Below are positions 1-8,349 of a stretch of DNA of 22,494 nucleotides, piece by piece. The notes under the pieces were generated by a model. The model worked only from the letters and a program-made list of their open reading frames with translations. It had not been told where the DNA came from and did not search any database. Source of the DNA: Clostridia bacterium (GTDB lineage Bacteria > Bacillota > Clostridia > HGM11514); NCBI GenBank assembly GCA_045586685.1, contig JAZNAU010000016.1, positions 1 through 22,494 of the forward strand. The letters are read 5' to 3'. How positions within the stretch are numbered: the stretch's first letter is position 1; the number at the start of each line of letters is the position of its first letter. The position numbers and the translations under genes are program-made.

Positions 1-221
1 GCTTTGGAAAACAGCACCAGACCTGCTGCTGCACCAATTAAAAACCGAATTAAAAATAAAATACTTTCTTTTTTGAATTTTACCGCATTGTTGACGGCTG
101 AAATCAGACGGTCATAAATCCCCAAAATCATTGCCATAGAGCCGCCGCTGATGCCGGGAACTGTCATGGTTCCCCCAATCCACATTCCTTTTAATAGGGT
201 AACAATATAATCTTTTTTCAT
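1..221 (-). CDS. DUF368 family membrane protein (undecaprenyl-phosphate translocase family), N-terminal part, runs off the window edge
   Basis: Not in the ORF track. Manual translation from ATG 221 gives MKKDYIVTLLKGMWIGGTMTVPGISGGSMAMILGIYDRLISAVNN..., which has the DUF368 N-terminal signature KG..IG....PG(V/I)SGG..A..LGIY. A GGAG RBS is present and the ATG overlaps the upstream gene's TGA (ATGA). Confidence 0.88.
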   Translation of the reverse strand, partial: MKKDYIVTLLKGMWIGGTMTVPGISGGSMAMILGIYDRLISAVNNAVKFKKESILFLIRFLIGAAAGLVLFSK

Positions 222-1078
222 TTGTTCTCTCCTTGCAAATAAAATTTTAATTCTTCCAGACGGTTTTGCATCTGTTTTACACCGCAGTCATACATTTCCT
301 GTAGTTTTTCAGGCTCCCGTTCTGTTCTGGTCCAGCCATTTGTGTTTTCGGGAGCAATCAGGAAAATATCGCCCCGCCGTTCCATTTCCAAAATTTTTTG
401 ATGGGCAATATTATATTCCTCCGCCCGTCTTGCCAGAAGTTTTCGGAATTTGGGATATTGATATAGTAAGGCGCCCGCCAAACCTGCCCCCTGTTCTTTT
501 TCCTTGTGATAGCTTCGTTCACGGGTAATGATCACAATATTTTTATCGCATCCCCGCCGTATGGCTTCATCTACCGGAATGGGGTTGGAAATACCGCCGT
601 CCATGTATTTTTTTCCGTCCAGCTTTACAATGGGAAACATTAAAGGAAGGGAACAGCTTGCCACTAAGGTTTTCCAAGTGGAATCTTCTCCCGTTACGGG
701 CAGGTATTCAGTTTGGGCAGTTTTAATGTTGGTTACTGCCGCCAGTACCTCTCCTTCAAATTCTTTAAAAGCCTGATAATCAAAGGGAAGATATTGATTG
801 GGCAGTTTATCAAATACAAAGGAAATATTATAATAGCTTTTGTTTTTTGGATTCAATAAATGCCGCCAGCCCATGTATCGTTTATCGGATAAGTACCGAA
901 GTCCCAGCTCCAGACTTCGCCCCTTTTGACGGGATACATAGCTGACGCCGTTGGCAATTCCCGCCGATGCACCGATAACCACATCCGCCATAATGTCTTG
1001 TTGTAAAAGGACGTCCATCACGCCCACAGAAAAATAGGTTCGGCTTGCACCGCCCTCCAATGTTAATCCAAGCTTCAT
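218..1078 (-). CDS. Patatin-like phospholipase family protein
   Basis: LEGGASR oxyanion motif, GASAG (GxSxG) nucleophile motif and DGG catalytic Asp motif; 286 aa. Confidence 0.93.
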   Translation of the reverse strand: MKLGLTLEGGASRTYFSVGVMDVLLQQDIMADVVIGASAGIANGVSYVSRQKGRSLELGLRYLSDKRYMGWRHLLNPKNKSYYNISFVFDKLPNQYLPFDYQAFKEFEGEVLAAVTNIKTAQTEYLPVTGEDSTWKTLVASCSLPLMFPIVKLDGKKYMDGGISNPIPVDEAIRRGCDKNIVIITRERSYHKEKEQGAGLAGALLYQYPKFRKLLARRAEEYNIAHQKILEMERRGDIFLIAPENTNGWTRTEREPEKLQEMYDCGVKQMQNRLEELKFYLQGENK

Positions 1079-1138
1079 TGTTATGTGCCTCTTTTATGGT
1101 TTATTTTTTTATGATACAATGATATTATACATTATTTT

Positions 1139-1167
1139 ATTATACCACGTTTTTTAAGCACCGTCAA
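1139..1167 (-). promoter_or_regulatory. sigmaA-type promoter for the patatin-DUF368 operon
   Basis: Minus strand TTGACG (1167-1162), 17 bp spacer, TATAAT (1144-1139). Confidence 0.75.
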
Positions 1168-1187
1168 TTACACGAGAGCAATTTTTG

Positions 1188-1216
1188 TTGACAAAAAAAC
1201 AGTTTTTTGGTACAAT
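1188..1216 (+). promoter_or_regulatory. sigmaA-type promoter for the lipoprotein gene
   Basis: TTGACA (1188-1193), 17 bp spacer, TACAAT (1211-1216) with an extended -10 TG. Confidence 0.8.
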
Positions 1217-1239
1217 ATAGAAAAAATAGGAGGACATCC

Positions 1240-1836
1240 ATGAAACGATTTTTTTCCACAGTTGTGATTTTGATTCTTGGACTTCTTTGTATAACATCGT
1301 GCGGCGACCAAAAGGGCAATGAAAATAGTGAGGCGTTGGCAGAAACCGCAGTAAAACAGGCAGTGATTCGCTTTCAAGAGGGAGATTCAGACTATATTCT
1401 TCGTATTATGGGATTGAATCAGGCACCCTTTGTAACCTATTGTTCTCAAGAACAGATTGACCGTATGGCAGGTGTTTTATATGGCAATCTGAAAGGGAAA
1501 ATAGTATCTTCTGAAAAGAAAAATGATAATACCGTTATTGTGGAAACCAAGCTGATAACAGCAGATTATAGTGCCCTGATGGAAGAGATCATTCAGAATA
1601 CAGCCAATCTTTCATTCACTGCTTTACTTTCTGATGAAATAGACATTACAGCCTTGCCCGAGCAGATTTTGACTGCACTGGAGGAGCTGGCATCAGATTG
1701 CGACGAAGTGACAGAAATAACGCTCCCCATCACTGTGAAAAAACAGGGGGGCGGTTGGGAAATTTTAGGAACCGAGGAAGTGCGGGATGCCTTTTCCGGT
1801 GGTTTGTACAGTAAAATAATTGAATTAACAGAATAA
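1240..1836 (+). CDS. Putative lipoprotein, function unknown
   Basis: AGGAGG RBS before ATG 1240. Signal peptide MKRFFSTVVILILGLLCITS-C has a lipobox Cys, followed by an acidic alpha/beta domain. Confidence 0.8.
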   Translation: MKRFFSTVVILILGLLCITSCGDQKGNENSEALAETAVKQAVIRFQEGDSDYILRIMGLNQAPFVTYCSQEQIDRMAGVLYGNLKGKIVSSEKKNDNTVIVETKLITADYSALMEEIIQNTANLSFTALLSDEIDITALPEQILTALEELASDCDEVTEITLPITVKKQGGGWEILGTEEVRDAFSGGLYSKIIELTE

Positions 1837-1838
1837 AG

Positions 1839-1870
1839 CTGAAACCGACTTCTTTGGAAGTCGGTTTCAG
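1839..1870. terminator. Terminator-like hairpin directly after the lipoprotein stop (copy 1 of a duplicated hairpin)
   Basis: CTGAAACCGACTTC-TTTG-GAAGTCGGTTTCAG forms a perfect 14-bp stem. Confidence 0.7.
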
Positions 1871-2109
1871 ACCGTCGAAAAAGTCGGTCTAACGCAAGAA
1901 GATGAAGAGGGAAGCATTATAAACATTAAATTTTTTATATTGCATTACAAAAAATCGTCGGAAAAACATTGAGTTTCTCCGACGATTACTTGCTTTTTGC
2001 CAAAATGAACACTTGCCGTACCCCCGTACTGTCTGCGATTCATTTTGACAAAATATCCCTTCCTTTTTCCCAGTCTGACAGCGTGTCGATAGGTTTACCG
2101 ACACGCTGA
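1867..2109. mobile_element. MITE-like non-coding insertion with imperfect inverted ends, flanked by a 26-bp direct repeat
   Basis: Left end TCAGACCGTCGAAAAAG (1867-1883). Reverse-complement ends TCAGACTGGGAAAAAG (2063-2078) and TCAGCGTGTCGGTAAAC (2093-2109). Exact direct repeat AACCGACTTCTTTGGAAGTCGGTTTC at 1843-1868 and 2109-2134. Confidence 0.55.
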
Positions 2110-2134
2110 ACCGACTTCTTTGGAAGTCGGTTTC
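2109..2134. terminator. Terminator-like hairpin directly after the mrnC stop (copy 2 of the duplicated hairpin)
   Basis: AACCGACTTC-TTTG-GAAGTCGGTT, identical to the core of the 1843-1868 hairpin. Confidence 0.65.
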
Positions 2135-2137
2135 CTT

Positions 2138-2536
2138 TTACTCTTTTTCTAATATAGCAACTGCTTTTTCAACCAGCTCATTGAGCCGAGGAGTGTTGCC
2201 TTCCAGATACAGGTAGCCTATCAATGCTTCAAATCCTGTGGCGCGGTGGTAATCTCCTACATTGGCGTGCTTTGGCAAGGTGGCAGGTTTGGCATTTCTG
2301 CCTCGCTTATATACCCGCAACTCTTCTTCGGTTAATTCCGGTTCCAGTGCAGTAATGGCATCGCTCTGAGCTTTTGCCTGTACATAATGAACCGCTGTTT
2401 TATGGAGTTCGTTTACAGAAAAATTCCCCTTTGCCAGAAGATGATTACGAATATAAAGCTCATAGACTGCATCTCCTAAGTAGGCAAGAGCAAGAGAGGA
2501 ATATTCCGTTGGTTTTTTTGTTACATCCGTTTCCAT
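2138..2536 (-). CDS. mrnC: Mini-ribonuclease III
   Basis: [21 protein letters not shown] and [16 protein letters not shown] motifs; 132 aa without a dsRBD; directly downstream of cysS as is usual in Bacillota. Confidence 0.95.
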   Translation of the reverse strand: METDVTKKPTEYSSLALAYLGDAVYELYIRNHLLAKGNFSVNELHKTAVHYVQAKAQSDAITALEPELTEEELRVYKRGRNAKPATLPKHANVGDYHRATGFEALIGYLYLEGNTPRLNELVEKAVAILEKE

Positions 2537-3918
2537 TTGACCCCCTGAGGTGTATCCTCCAGAAGAATTCCCTGTTCTTTTAATAAATCCCTAATTCTGT
2601 CCGCTTCTGCAAAATTCTTTGTTTTTCTGGCTTCCTGTCTTTGTTCAATCAGTGCCGTAATTTCTTCATCCAGATTCTTTTCTTCTTTTTGCTCAAACAA
2701 TCCTAACACCCCTGAGAAACGGGCAAATAAGTCCAAGAAATGCTGTGCGGCTTTATGAGAATGGGGGGCACCGTCATTCATCAGCGTATTGACATCTCTT
2801 ACCATGTCAAATACCACGGAAATGGCATCTGCTGTGTTCAAATCATCGTCCATGGCAGTGTCAAAACGGGTGACATAATCAATCTCCATCAATGACTTTT
2901 CGGCATCCGTTAATGCTTTGTCTTCGCCTTTTAATAAAAATTGCAGTGTTTCAATACAGGTCTGAATCCGTTCTAAAGAGGATTTTGCCTGGGCCATCAA
3001 GTCCTTGCTGAAATTGATGGGGCTTCTGTAATGAGCACTTAACATAAACATCCGCATTACAGGATAATCAAATTCTTTGGTAATATCCCGCACTGTGAAA
3101 AAATTTCCCAAGGATTTTGACATCTTTTTATTGTCAATGTTAATATATCCGTTGTGCATCCAGTAGCGGGCAAAGGGAACACCGTTACAACATTCGCTCT
3201 GAGCAATTTCATTTTCGTGGTGAGGGAAAATCAAGTCCCGTCCGCCACAGTGAATGTCAATGGTTTTTCCTAAATATTCATTTGCCATAACGGAACATTC
3301 AATGTGCCAGCCCGGGCGTCCCATACCCCAAGGGCTTTCCCATGCAGGTTCCCCTTCTTTTTGTTTTTTCCATACAGCAAAATCCATTGCGTCTTCTTTT
3401 CGTTCGTCAACACTGATTCTGGCACCTGCCTCCAAATCTTCTAGAGGTTGATGGGATAATTTACCGTATTCCTTAAATTCCTTGGTACGGAAATAAACAT
3501 CTCCGTCCACTTCGTAAGCAAAACCTTTTTCAATCAGGGTTTCAATCATGGTAATAATTTGGTTGATGTGCTCGGTTGCTCTGGGGTGAACGGAAGCTGG
3601 ACGGATTCCCAAACCTTCCGCATCTTTTTTATATTCCCCGATAAACCGTTCTCCAAGCTCTGCCACCGTAATCCCTTCCCGATTGGCACGCTGAATCATT
3701 TTATCGTCAATGTCCGTAAAATTCTGGACAAAGGTTACCTCAAAGCCTTTGTATTCTAAATATCTGCGGAGAGTGTCAAAAATAATGAAGGGACGGGCGT
3801 TTCCGATATGAAAATAGTCATAAACGGTGGGACCGCAGGCATAGATGCTTGCCTTTCCCGATATGATGGGGATAAACTCTTCTTTTTGTCCTGTGAGAGT
3901 GTTGAAAATTTTCATCAT
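2521..3918 (-). CDS. cysS: Cysteine--tRNA ligase
   Basis: CGPTVY, HIGN (HIGH), [10 protein letters not shown] and KMSKS motifs. Start reassigned to ATG 3918 behind an AAGGA RBS. Confidence 0.98.
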   Translation of the reverse strand: MMKIFNTLTGQKEEFIPIISGKASIYACGPTVYDYFHIGNARPFIIFDTLRRYLEYKGFEVTFVQNFTDIDDKMIQRANREGITVAELGERFIGEYKKDAEGLGIRPASVHPRATEHINQIITMIETLIEKGFAYEVDGDVYFRTKEFKEYGKLSHQPLEDLEAGARISVDERKEDAMDFAVWKKQKEGEPAWESPWGMGRPGWHIECSVMANEYLGKTIDIHCGGRDLIFPHHENEIAQSECCNGVPFARYWMHNGYINIDNKKMSKSLGNFFTVRDITKEFDYPVMRMFMLSAHYRSPINFSKDLMAQAKSSLERIQTCIETLQFLLKGEDKALTDAEKSLMEIDYVTRFDTAMDDDLNTADAISVVFDMVRDVNTLMNDGAPHSHKAAQHFLDLFARFSGVLGLFEQKEEKNLDEEITALIEQRQEARKTKNFAEADRIRDLLKEQGILLEDTPQGVKWKRM

Positions 3919-3980
3919 GAAAAATTCCTTTCTGCCTGCAAAAAACAAGACTTTGCAAGCCCACAATAATCTTTTTTCCT

Positions 3981-4009
3981 ATTTTACCACCTTTTTTGGA
4001 AAAAGTCAA
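3981..4009 (-). promoter_or_regulatory. sigmaA-type promoter for cysS-mrnC
   Basis: Minus strand TTGACT (4009-4004), 17 bp spacer, TAAAAT (3986-3981) with an extended -10 TG. Confidence 0.75.
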
Positions 4010-4016
4010 TTTTTAC

Positions 4017-4045
4017 TTGACAAAAAAGGGCGTTTTTAATATAAT
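4017..4045 (+). promoter_or_regulatory. sigmaA consensus promoter for the Lrp-aminotransferase operon
   Basis: TTGACA (4017-4022), 17 bp spacer, TATAAT (4040-4045), a perfect consensus. Confidence 0.85.
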
Positions 4046-4090
4046 TTTAATAAGACAGCTAAAATTTATGTGTGAAAGGTGGTTCCGATT

Positions 4091-4579
4091 ATGGAAAAAC
4101 AAGAACAAATTTTAAGACTGCTGGAGCGAGATGCCAAAATGGAGGCGGCGCAGTTGGCGGTTATGGTAGATATGAAGACAGAAGAAGTAGAAGCGCTGAT
4201 TCAAGAATTTGAACAAAACGGAACCATTGTATGCCGTAAAACAGTCATTGATTGGGAAAAAACAGAATATGAGCAAGTATCTGCTTTGATTGAATTGCGT
4301 GTGACCCCTCAGATGGGAGAGGGTTTTGATAAAGTAGCAAAACGGGTAATGCAGTATCCGGAGGTTCGTTCTACTTATCTTATGTCAGGCGGATTTGACC
4401 TGATGGTGATTGTGGAAGGAATGACCATGAAGGAGGTTGCTCTGTTTGTTGCCAACTGTCTGGCACCTATGGACGAGGTTATTAGTACTGCAACCCACTT
4501 TGTGCTGAGAAAATACAAGCAAGAAGGGGTTGTATTCGGAGCGGAGCATAAGGACGAAAGAAGGGTGATTACCCTATGA
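4091..4579 (+). CDS. Lrp/AsnC family transcriptional regulator (B. subtilis YugG/AlaR-like)
   Basis: N-terminal HTH (ILRLLERDAK...LAVMV), the YLMSGGFDL and STATHFVLRKYK motifs, and pairing with an aminotransferase. ATG 4091 follows AAAGGTGG. Confidence 0.92.
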   Translation: MEKQEQILRLLERDAKMEAAQLAVMVDMKTEEVEALIQEFEQNGTIVCRKTVIDWEKTEYEQVSALIELRVTPQMGEGFDKVAKRVMQYPEVRSTYLMSGGFDLMVIVEGMTMKEVALFVANCLAPMDEVISTATHFVLRKYKQEGVVFGAEHKDERRVITL

Positions 4580-5751
4580 GCAATTTTTCAATGGAATCCC
4601 GGATTTCTTCCAAGGTCGCGAATATGCAACCTTCCGGAATCCGAAAGTTTTTTGATATTGTAGCAGAAATGAAGGATGCCATTTCCTTAGGGGTGGGCGA
4701 GCCTGATTTTGTGACCCCCTGGCATATTCGTCAAGCAGGTATTTTTTCACTGGAACGGGGGCATACTTATTATACCTCCAATGCAGGATTTATGAATTTA
4801 AGACAGGAAATTTGTAATTATTTAAACCGTCGTTTTTCCCTTTCCTACAATCCCCAAACCCAGACGGTGGTTACGGTAGGGGGCAGTGAGGCAATCGACC
4901 TATGCGTAAGAGCGGTGATTGAACCGGGAGATGAGGTATTAGTGCCGGAGCCTTGTTTTGTATGCTATTCCCCCATTGTAATGCTGGCGGGCGGAACGCC
5001 TGTGCCTATCGTAACAAAAGCGGAGGATCAGTTTAGGCTTACGGCTGAACAGTTGAAAGCTTCCATTACTCCACGCACCAAAATGTTGGTTCTTCCCTTC
5101 CCCAATAACCCCACAGGGGCAGTCATGGAACGGGAGGATTTGGAACAGATTGCAGAGGTTCTTCGGGGAACGGATATTGTGGTGCTTTCGGATGAAATTT
5201 ATGCTGAGCTTACCTATGGAAACGAGCATGTTTCCATTGCATCCATTGACGGAATGTATGAAAGAACGGTGTTGGTCAGCGGATTTTCCAAGGCTTACGC
5301 CATGACCGGCTGGCGTCTTGGTTATGCCTGCGGGGACGAGGCGGTGATTGCGGCAATGACAAAGGTACATCAATATGCCATTATGTCTGCCCCCACTACC
5401 AGTCAGCACGCAGCAGCCGAAGCGCTTCGTAACGGCGATAACGACATTCAGATGATGAAAGGTGAATATAATTACCGTCGCCGTGTGATTTTAGACGGTG
5501 TTCGGGATATGGGCTTAGAATGCTTTGAACCGTTGGGAGCGTTTTATATTTTCCCCAGTATTCAAAGAACAGGGATGACTTCCAATGAGTTTTGCAATCA
5601 ATTACTAATGGATCAGAAGGTTGCAGTAGTGCCCGGAGATGCCTTCGGACAAAGCGGTGAAGGCTATATCCGTTGTTCTTATGCATATTCTATTGATAAG
5701 ATAAACGAAGCGTTGAATCGGATGGAGCATTTTGTTAAAAAACATATTTAA
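4576..5751 (+). CDS. PLP-dependent class I/II aminotransferase (YugH/AlaT-like)
   Basis: SGIRKFFD, SLGVGEPDF, PNNPTG, SDEIY and SKAYAMTGWRLG (PLP lysine) motifs; ATGA overlap with the lrp stop. Confidence 0.95.
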   Translation: MSNFSMESRISSKVANMQPSGIRKFFDIVAEMKDAISLGVGEPDFVTPWHIRQAGIFSLERGHTYYTSNAGFMNLRQEICNYLNRRFSLSYNPQTQTVVTVGGSEAIDLCVRAVIEPGDEVLVPEPCFVCYSPIVMLAGGTPVPIVTKAEDQFRLTAEQLKASITPRTKMLVLPFPNNPTGAVMEREDLEQIAEVLRGTDIVVLSDEIYAELTYGNEHVSIASIDGMYERTVLVSGFSKAYAMTGWRLGYACGDEAVIAAMTKVHQYAIMSAPTTSQHAAAEALRNGDNDIQMMKGEYNYRRRVILDGVRDMGLECFEPLGAFYIFPSIQRTGMTSNEFCNQLLMDQKVAVVPGDAFGQSGEGYIRCSYAYSIDKINEALNRMEHFVKKHI

Positions 5752-5760
5752 GGAGACGCC

Positions 5761-6873
5761 ATGGTTTGTTTAAAGGCTTGCAACAGTTATCAATCTGAGG
5801 AGGTCAGCCTTGCAGTAGAAGGAATTTTAAATGCATTAGGCGGAATGGAGTCTTTTGTAAGTTCGGGAGATAAGGTGTTGATTAAACCTAATCTTTTGGC
5901 GGCAAAAACGGTTTCTACTGCTACTACCACCCACCCTACGCTTGTGGCAGAGGTGGCAAAACGAGTCATAAAGGCGGGAGGGCATCCGGTAATAGCAGAC
6001 AGTCCGGGAGGACCCTTTCAAAGCACCTTATTAAAAAATTTATATCATGTATGCGGTATGGATCAAGCGGCAGAAGAATCGGGAGCACATCTGAATTTTG
6101 ATACCGCTGTGACGGATGTTTCCTATCCGGAAGGGCAGACGGGAAAAAGCTTTGCGGTAATCAAACCATTTATCGAATGTGATAAAGTGATCAATCTTGC
6201 CAAGCTGAAAAGTCACGGTATGACGTATTATACGGGTGGCGTGAAAAATCTGTTTGGTCTGATTGGCGGTCTGACAAAAGCGGAATATCATCTTCGTTAC
6301 AAGGAAAAAGAAGCGTTTTGTAATATGTTGGTGGATTTGTGCGAATTTGCCTCTCCGATACTTACCATAATTGACGGTGTAGTGGGCATGGAGGGGGATG
6401 GCCCGTCCAACGGAACGCCCCGTGCGATGGGTGTTATGATTGGCAGTAAAAGCCCCTATCTTTGCGATTTGGCGGCAATGAAAATAATCGGAGCGAAATT
6501 GGGGGATGTACTTCCTCTTGCATTGGCAGTAAAGAGAGGACTTTGCCCTGAGCAGGTGGAGGAGCACTTATGCGGGGATGCCATTGAGCAGTTCATGATA
6601 ACAGATTTTCAATTTCCCGATACCAAATCTATCACCTTTGACGATCATCTGCCCTCTTGGCTGATGAAGCTGGCAAATAAAATTTTATTGCCCTATCCAA
6701 AATATGACCACACAAAATGTGTGGGATGTATGCACTGTAAAACCGTTTGTCCGGCAGATGCACTGACAAAACGAAAAGGGTATCCTTCCTTGAATAAACG
6801 GAAGTGCATTCGTTGTTATTGTTGTCAAGAATTGTGTCCGAAGGATGCAGTGATTTTAAAGAAAAGGATATAA
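5761..6873 (+). CDS. DUF362 domain protein with a C-terminal 2x[4Fe-4S] ferredoxin domain
   Basis: KVLIKPNLL, TTHP, KLKSH...TGGVKNLFG and GMEGDGP motifs; CxxCxxCxxxCP twice at the C-terminus. Confidence 0.9.
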   Translation: MVCLKACNSYQSEEVSLAVEGILNALGGMESFVSSGDKVLIKPNLLAAKTVSTATTTHPTLVAEVAKRVIKAGGHPVIADSPGGPFQSTLLKNLYHVCGMDQAAEESGAHLNFDTAVTDVSYPEGQTGKSFAVIKPFIECDKVINLAKLKSHGMTYYTGGVKNLFGLIGGLTKAEYHLRYKEKEAFCNMLVDLCEFASPILTIIDGVVGMEGDGPSNGTPRAMGVMIGSKSPYLCDLAAMKIIGAKLGDVLPLALAVKRGLCPEQVEEHLCGDAIEQFMITDFQFPDTKSITFDDHLPSWLMKLANKILLPYPKYDHTKCVGCMHCKTVCPADALTKRKGYPSLNKRKCIRCYCCQELCPKDAVILKKRI

Positions 6874-6876
6874 TCA

Positions 6877-7374
6877 ATGGGAATACATATTGTTTTGTTA
6901 GAACCTGAAATTCCTCAGAACACCGGAAACATTGCCAGAACTTGCGCGGCAACGGGAGCGTCCTTGCATCTGGTGGGACCTATGGGATTTCAGATTGATG
7001 ATAAAAAATTAAAGAGAGCGGGTCTGGATTATTGGCACCTGCTGGATATTACCTATTACAAAAGCACACAGGAATTTTTTGAACAACATTCTGACGGTGT
7101 GTTTTATTATGCCACTACCAAAGCACCTCAAACCTATTGTGACGTGGATTATCCCGAGGATGTGTTTTTGGTGTTTGGAAAAGAAACTGCCGGAATTGAT
7201 GAGGAAATTTTAGTCAACAATCAGCCGTGGTGTGTGCGGATTCCTATGGTGGATGACGCAAGGTCCCTGAATTTGTCCAATTCAGCAGCAATCATGGTAT
7301 ATGAAGTCATGCGACAGCATGGATTTTCTCACTTAAAGCAACAGGGTCAGTTAACAAAATATGAATGGAGTTGA
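6877..7374 (+). CDS. trmL: tRNA (cytidine/uridine(34)-2'-O)-methyltransferase, SPOUT family
   Basis: PEIPQNTGNIARTC, RAGLDYW, FGKETAG and RIPM...RSLNLSN motifs. Confidence 0.95.
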   Translation: MGIHIVLLEPEIPQNTGNIARTCAATGASLHLVGPMGFQIDDKKLKRAGLDYWHLLDITYYKSTQEFFEQHSDGVFYYATTKAPQTYCDVDYPEDVFLVFGKETAGIDEEILVNNQPWCVRIPMVDDARSLNLSNSAAIMVYEVMRQHGFSHLKQQGQLTKYEWS

Positions 7375-7378
7375 ATCA

Positions 7379-8263
7379 ATGAGTAATATTAAAATAATTG
7401 GCGACAGCAGTTGTGACATCCCCCGTCATTATGAGAAGGAGCTGAATATTTCTCTCGTCCCCTTAACAGTAGATATTGATGGCGAATTGTATCTGGATCG
7501 GGTGGAAATTACATCTGCGGAGTTTTTTGAAAAGCTGGAAACCTGTAAAAATTTCCCCAAGACCTCTCTGGCGGGTCCGGATTTGTTTTTGGAGCAATAC
7601 AAAAAGGCGAAGGAAGAAGGGTATGACACCATTATTTCCATTACCATTGCTTCTGTTGCCAGCGGAACCTATCAGGCGGCAAAAATTGCGGCAGAAATGA
7701 TGAAGGAAGAGGCCCCCGAGCTTGACATTACCGTGGTGGATTCTCAAGTATTAAGTTACGTCACCGGTCTTTTGATTATGGAGTCGGCAACACTGGCAAA
7801 GAAGGGTGCTTCCAAGCAAGAAATTTTGGACCGAATCCGATATATTCAATTACATTTTGACGTGTATTTTACATTAGACTCCTTGGAATATCTAAAAAAG
7901 GGAGGTAGAATCAGTGCCACCAAGGCAGCGCTTGGAACGATGCTGGATTTAAAACCTATTTTGACGTTAAAGGACGGACTGGTGGTACAGGTGGAAAATG
8001 TTCGGGGTGAGAAAAAGGCAATGAGCCGTATAGTAGAGCTGATTGCTCAGAGAAAAGGAAACGCACCTTTAGAACGAGTGACCATCGGTCACGGGACGGT
8101 ATCGGGAAAGGTGGAATTTCTTGCAAAGAAGCTGGAAAGTGCTATGGGAATCACCGAATATGAGACCTTTGAGGTGGGGGTTGTAATAGGTGCTCATACG
8201 GGGCCCGGATTATCCGCTGTTTTTGTAATAAATCCCGAAATTACAAATGATTGGATAAAATAA
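7379..8263 (+). CDS. DegV/FakB family fatty-acid-binding protein
   Basis: IIGDSSCD, PKTS, SGTYQ, VVDS, L.YLKKGGRI and IGAHTGPG motifs. ATG 7379 follows a GGAG RBS. Confidence 0.95.
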   Translation: MSNIKIIGDSSCDIPRHYEKELNISLVPLTVDIDGELYLDRVEITSAEFFEKLETCKNFPKTSLAGPDLFLEQYKKAKEEGYDTIISITIASVASGTYQAAKIAAEMMKEEAPELDITVVDSQVLSYVTGLLIMESATLAKKGASKQEILDRIRYIQLHFDVYFTLDSLEYLKKGGRISATKAALGTMLDLKPILTLKDGLVVQVENVRGEKKAMSRIVELIAQRKGNAPLERVTIGHGTVSGKVEFLAKKLESAMGITEYETFEVGVVIGAHTGPGLSAVFVINPEITNDWIK

Positions 8264-8273
8264 GAAAAAATAC

Positions 8274-8302
8274 TTGAAATTTTTTCTAAAATAGGGTAAA
8301 AT
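8274..8302 (+). promoter_or_regulatory. sigmaA-type promoter for pgk-tpiA
   Basis: TTGAAA (8274-8279), 17 bp spacer, TAAAAT (8297-8302). Confidence 0.7.
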
Positions 8303-8349
8303 AAAAGTATTGAGATTTTTTTAACAAAATTTTTATAGAGGTGAAGTTT

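Noticed and set aside
1889-2104. 71-aa minus-strand ORF inside the MITE-like insert
   Set aside because: It starts inside a palindrome, has no RBS and shows no transposase-like motif.
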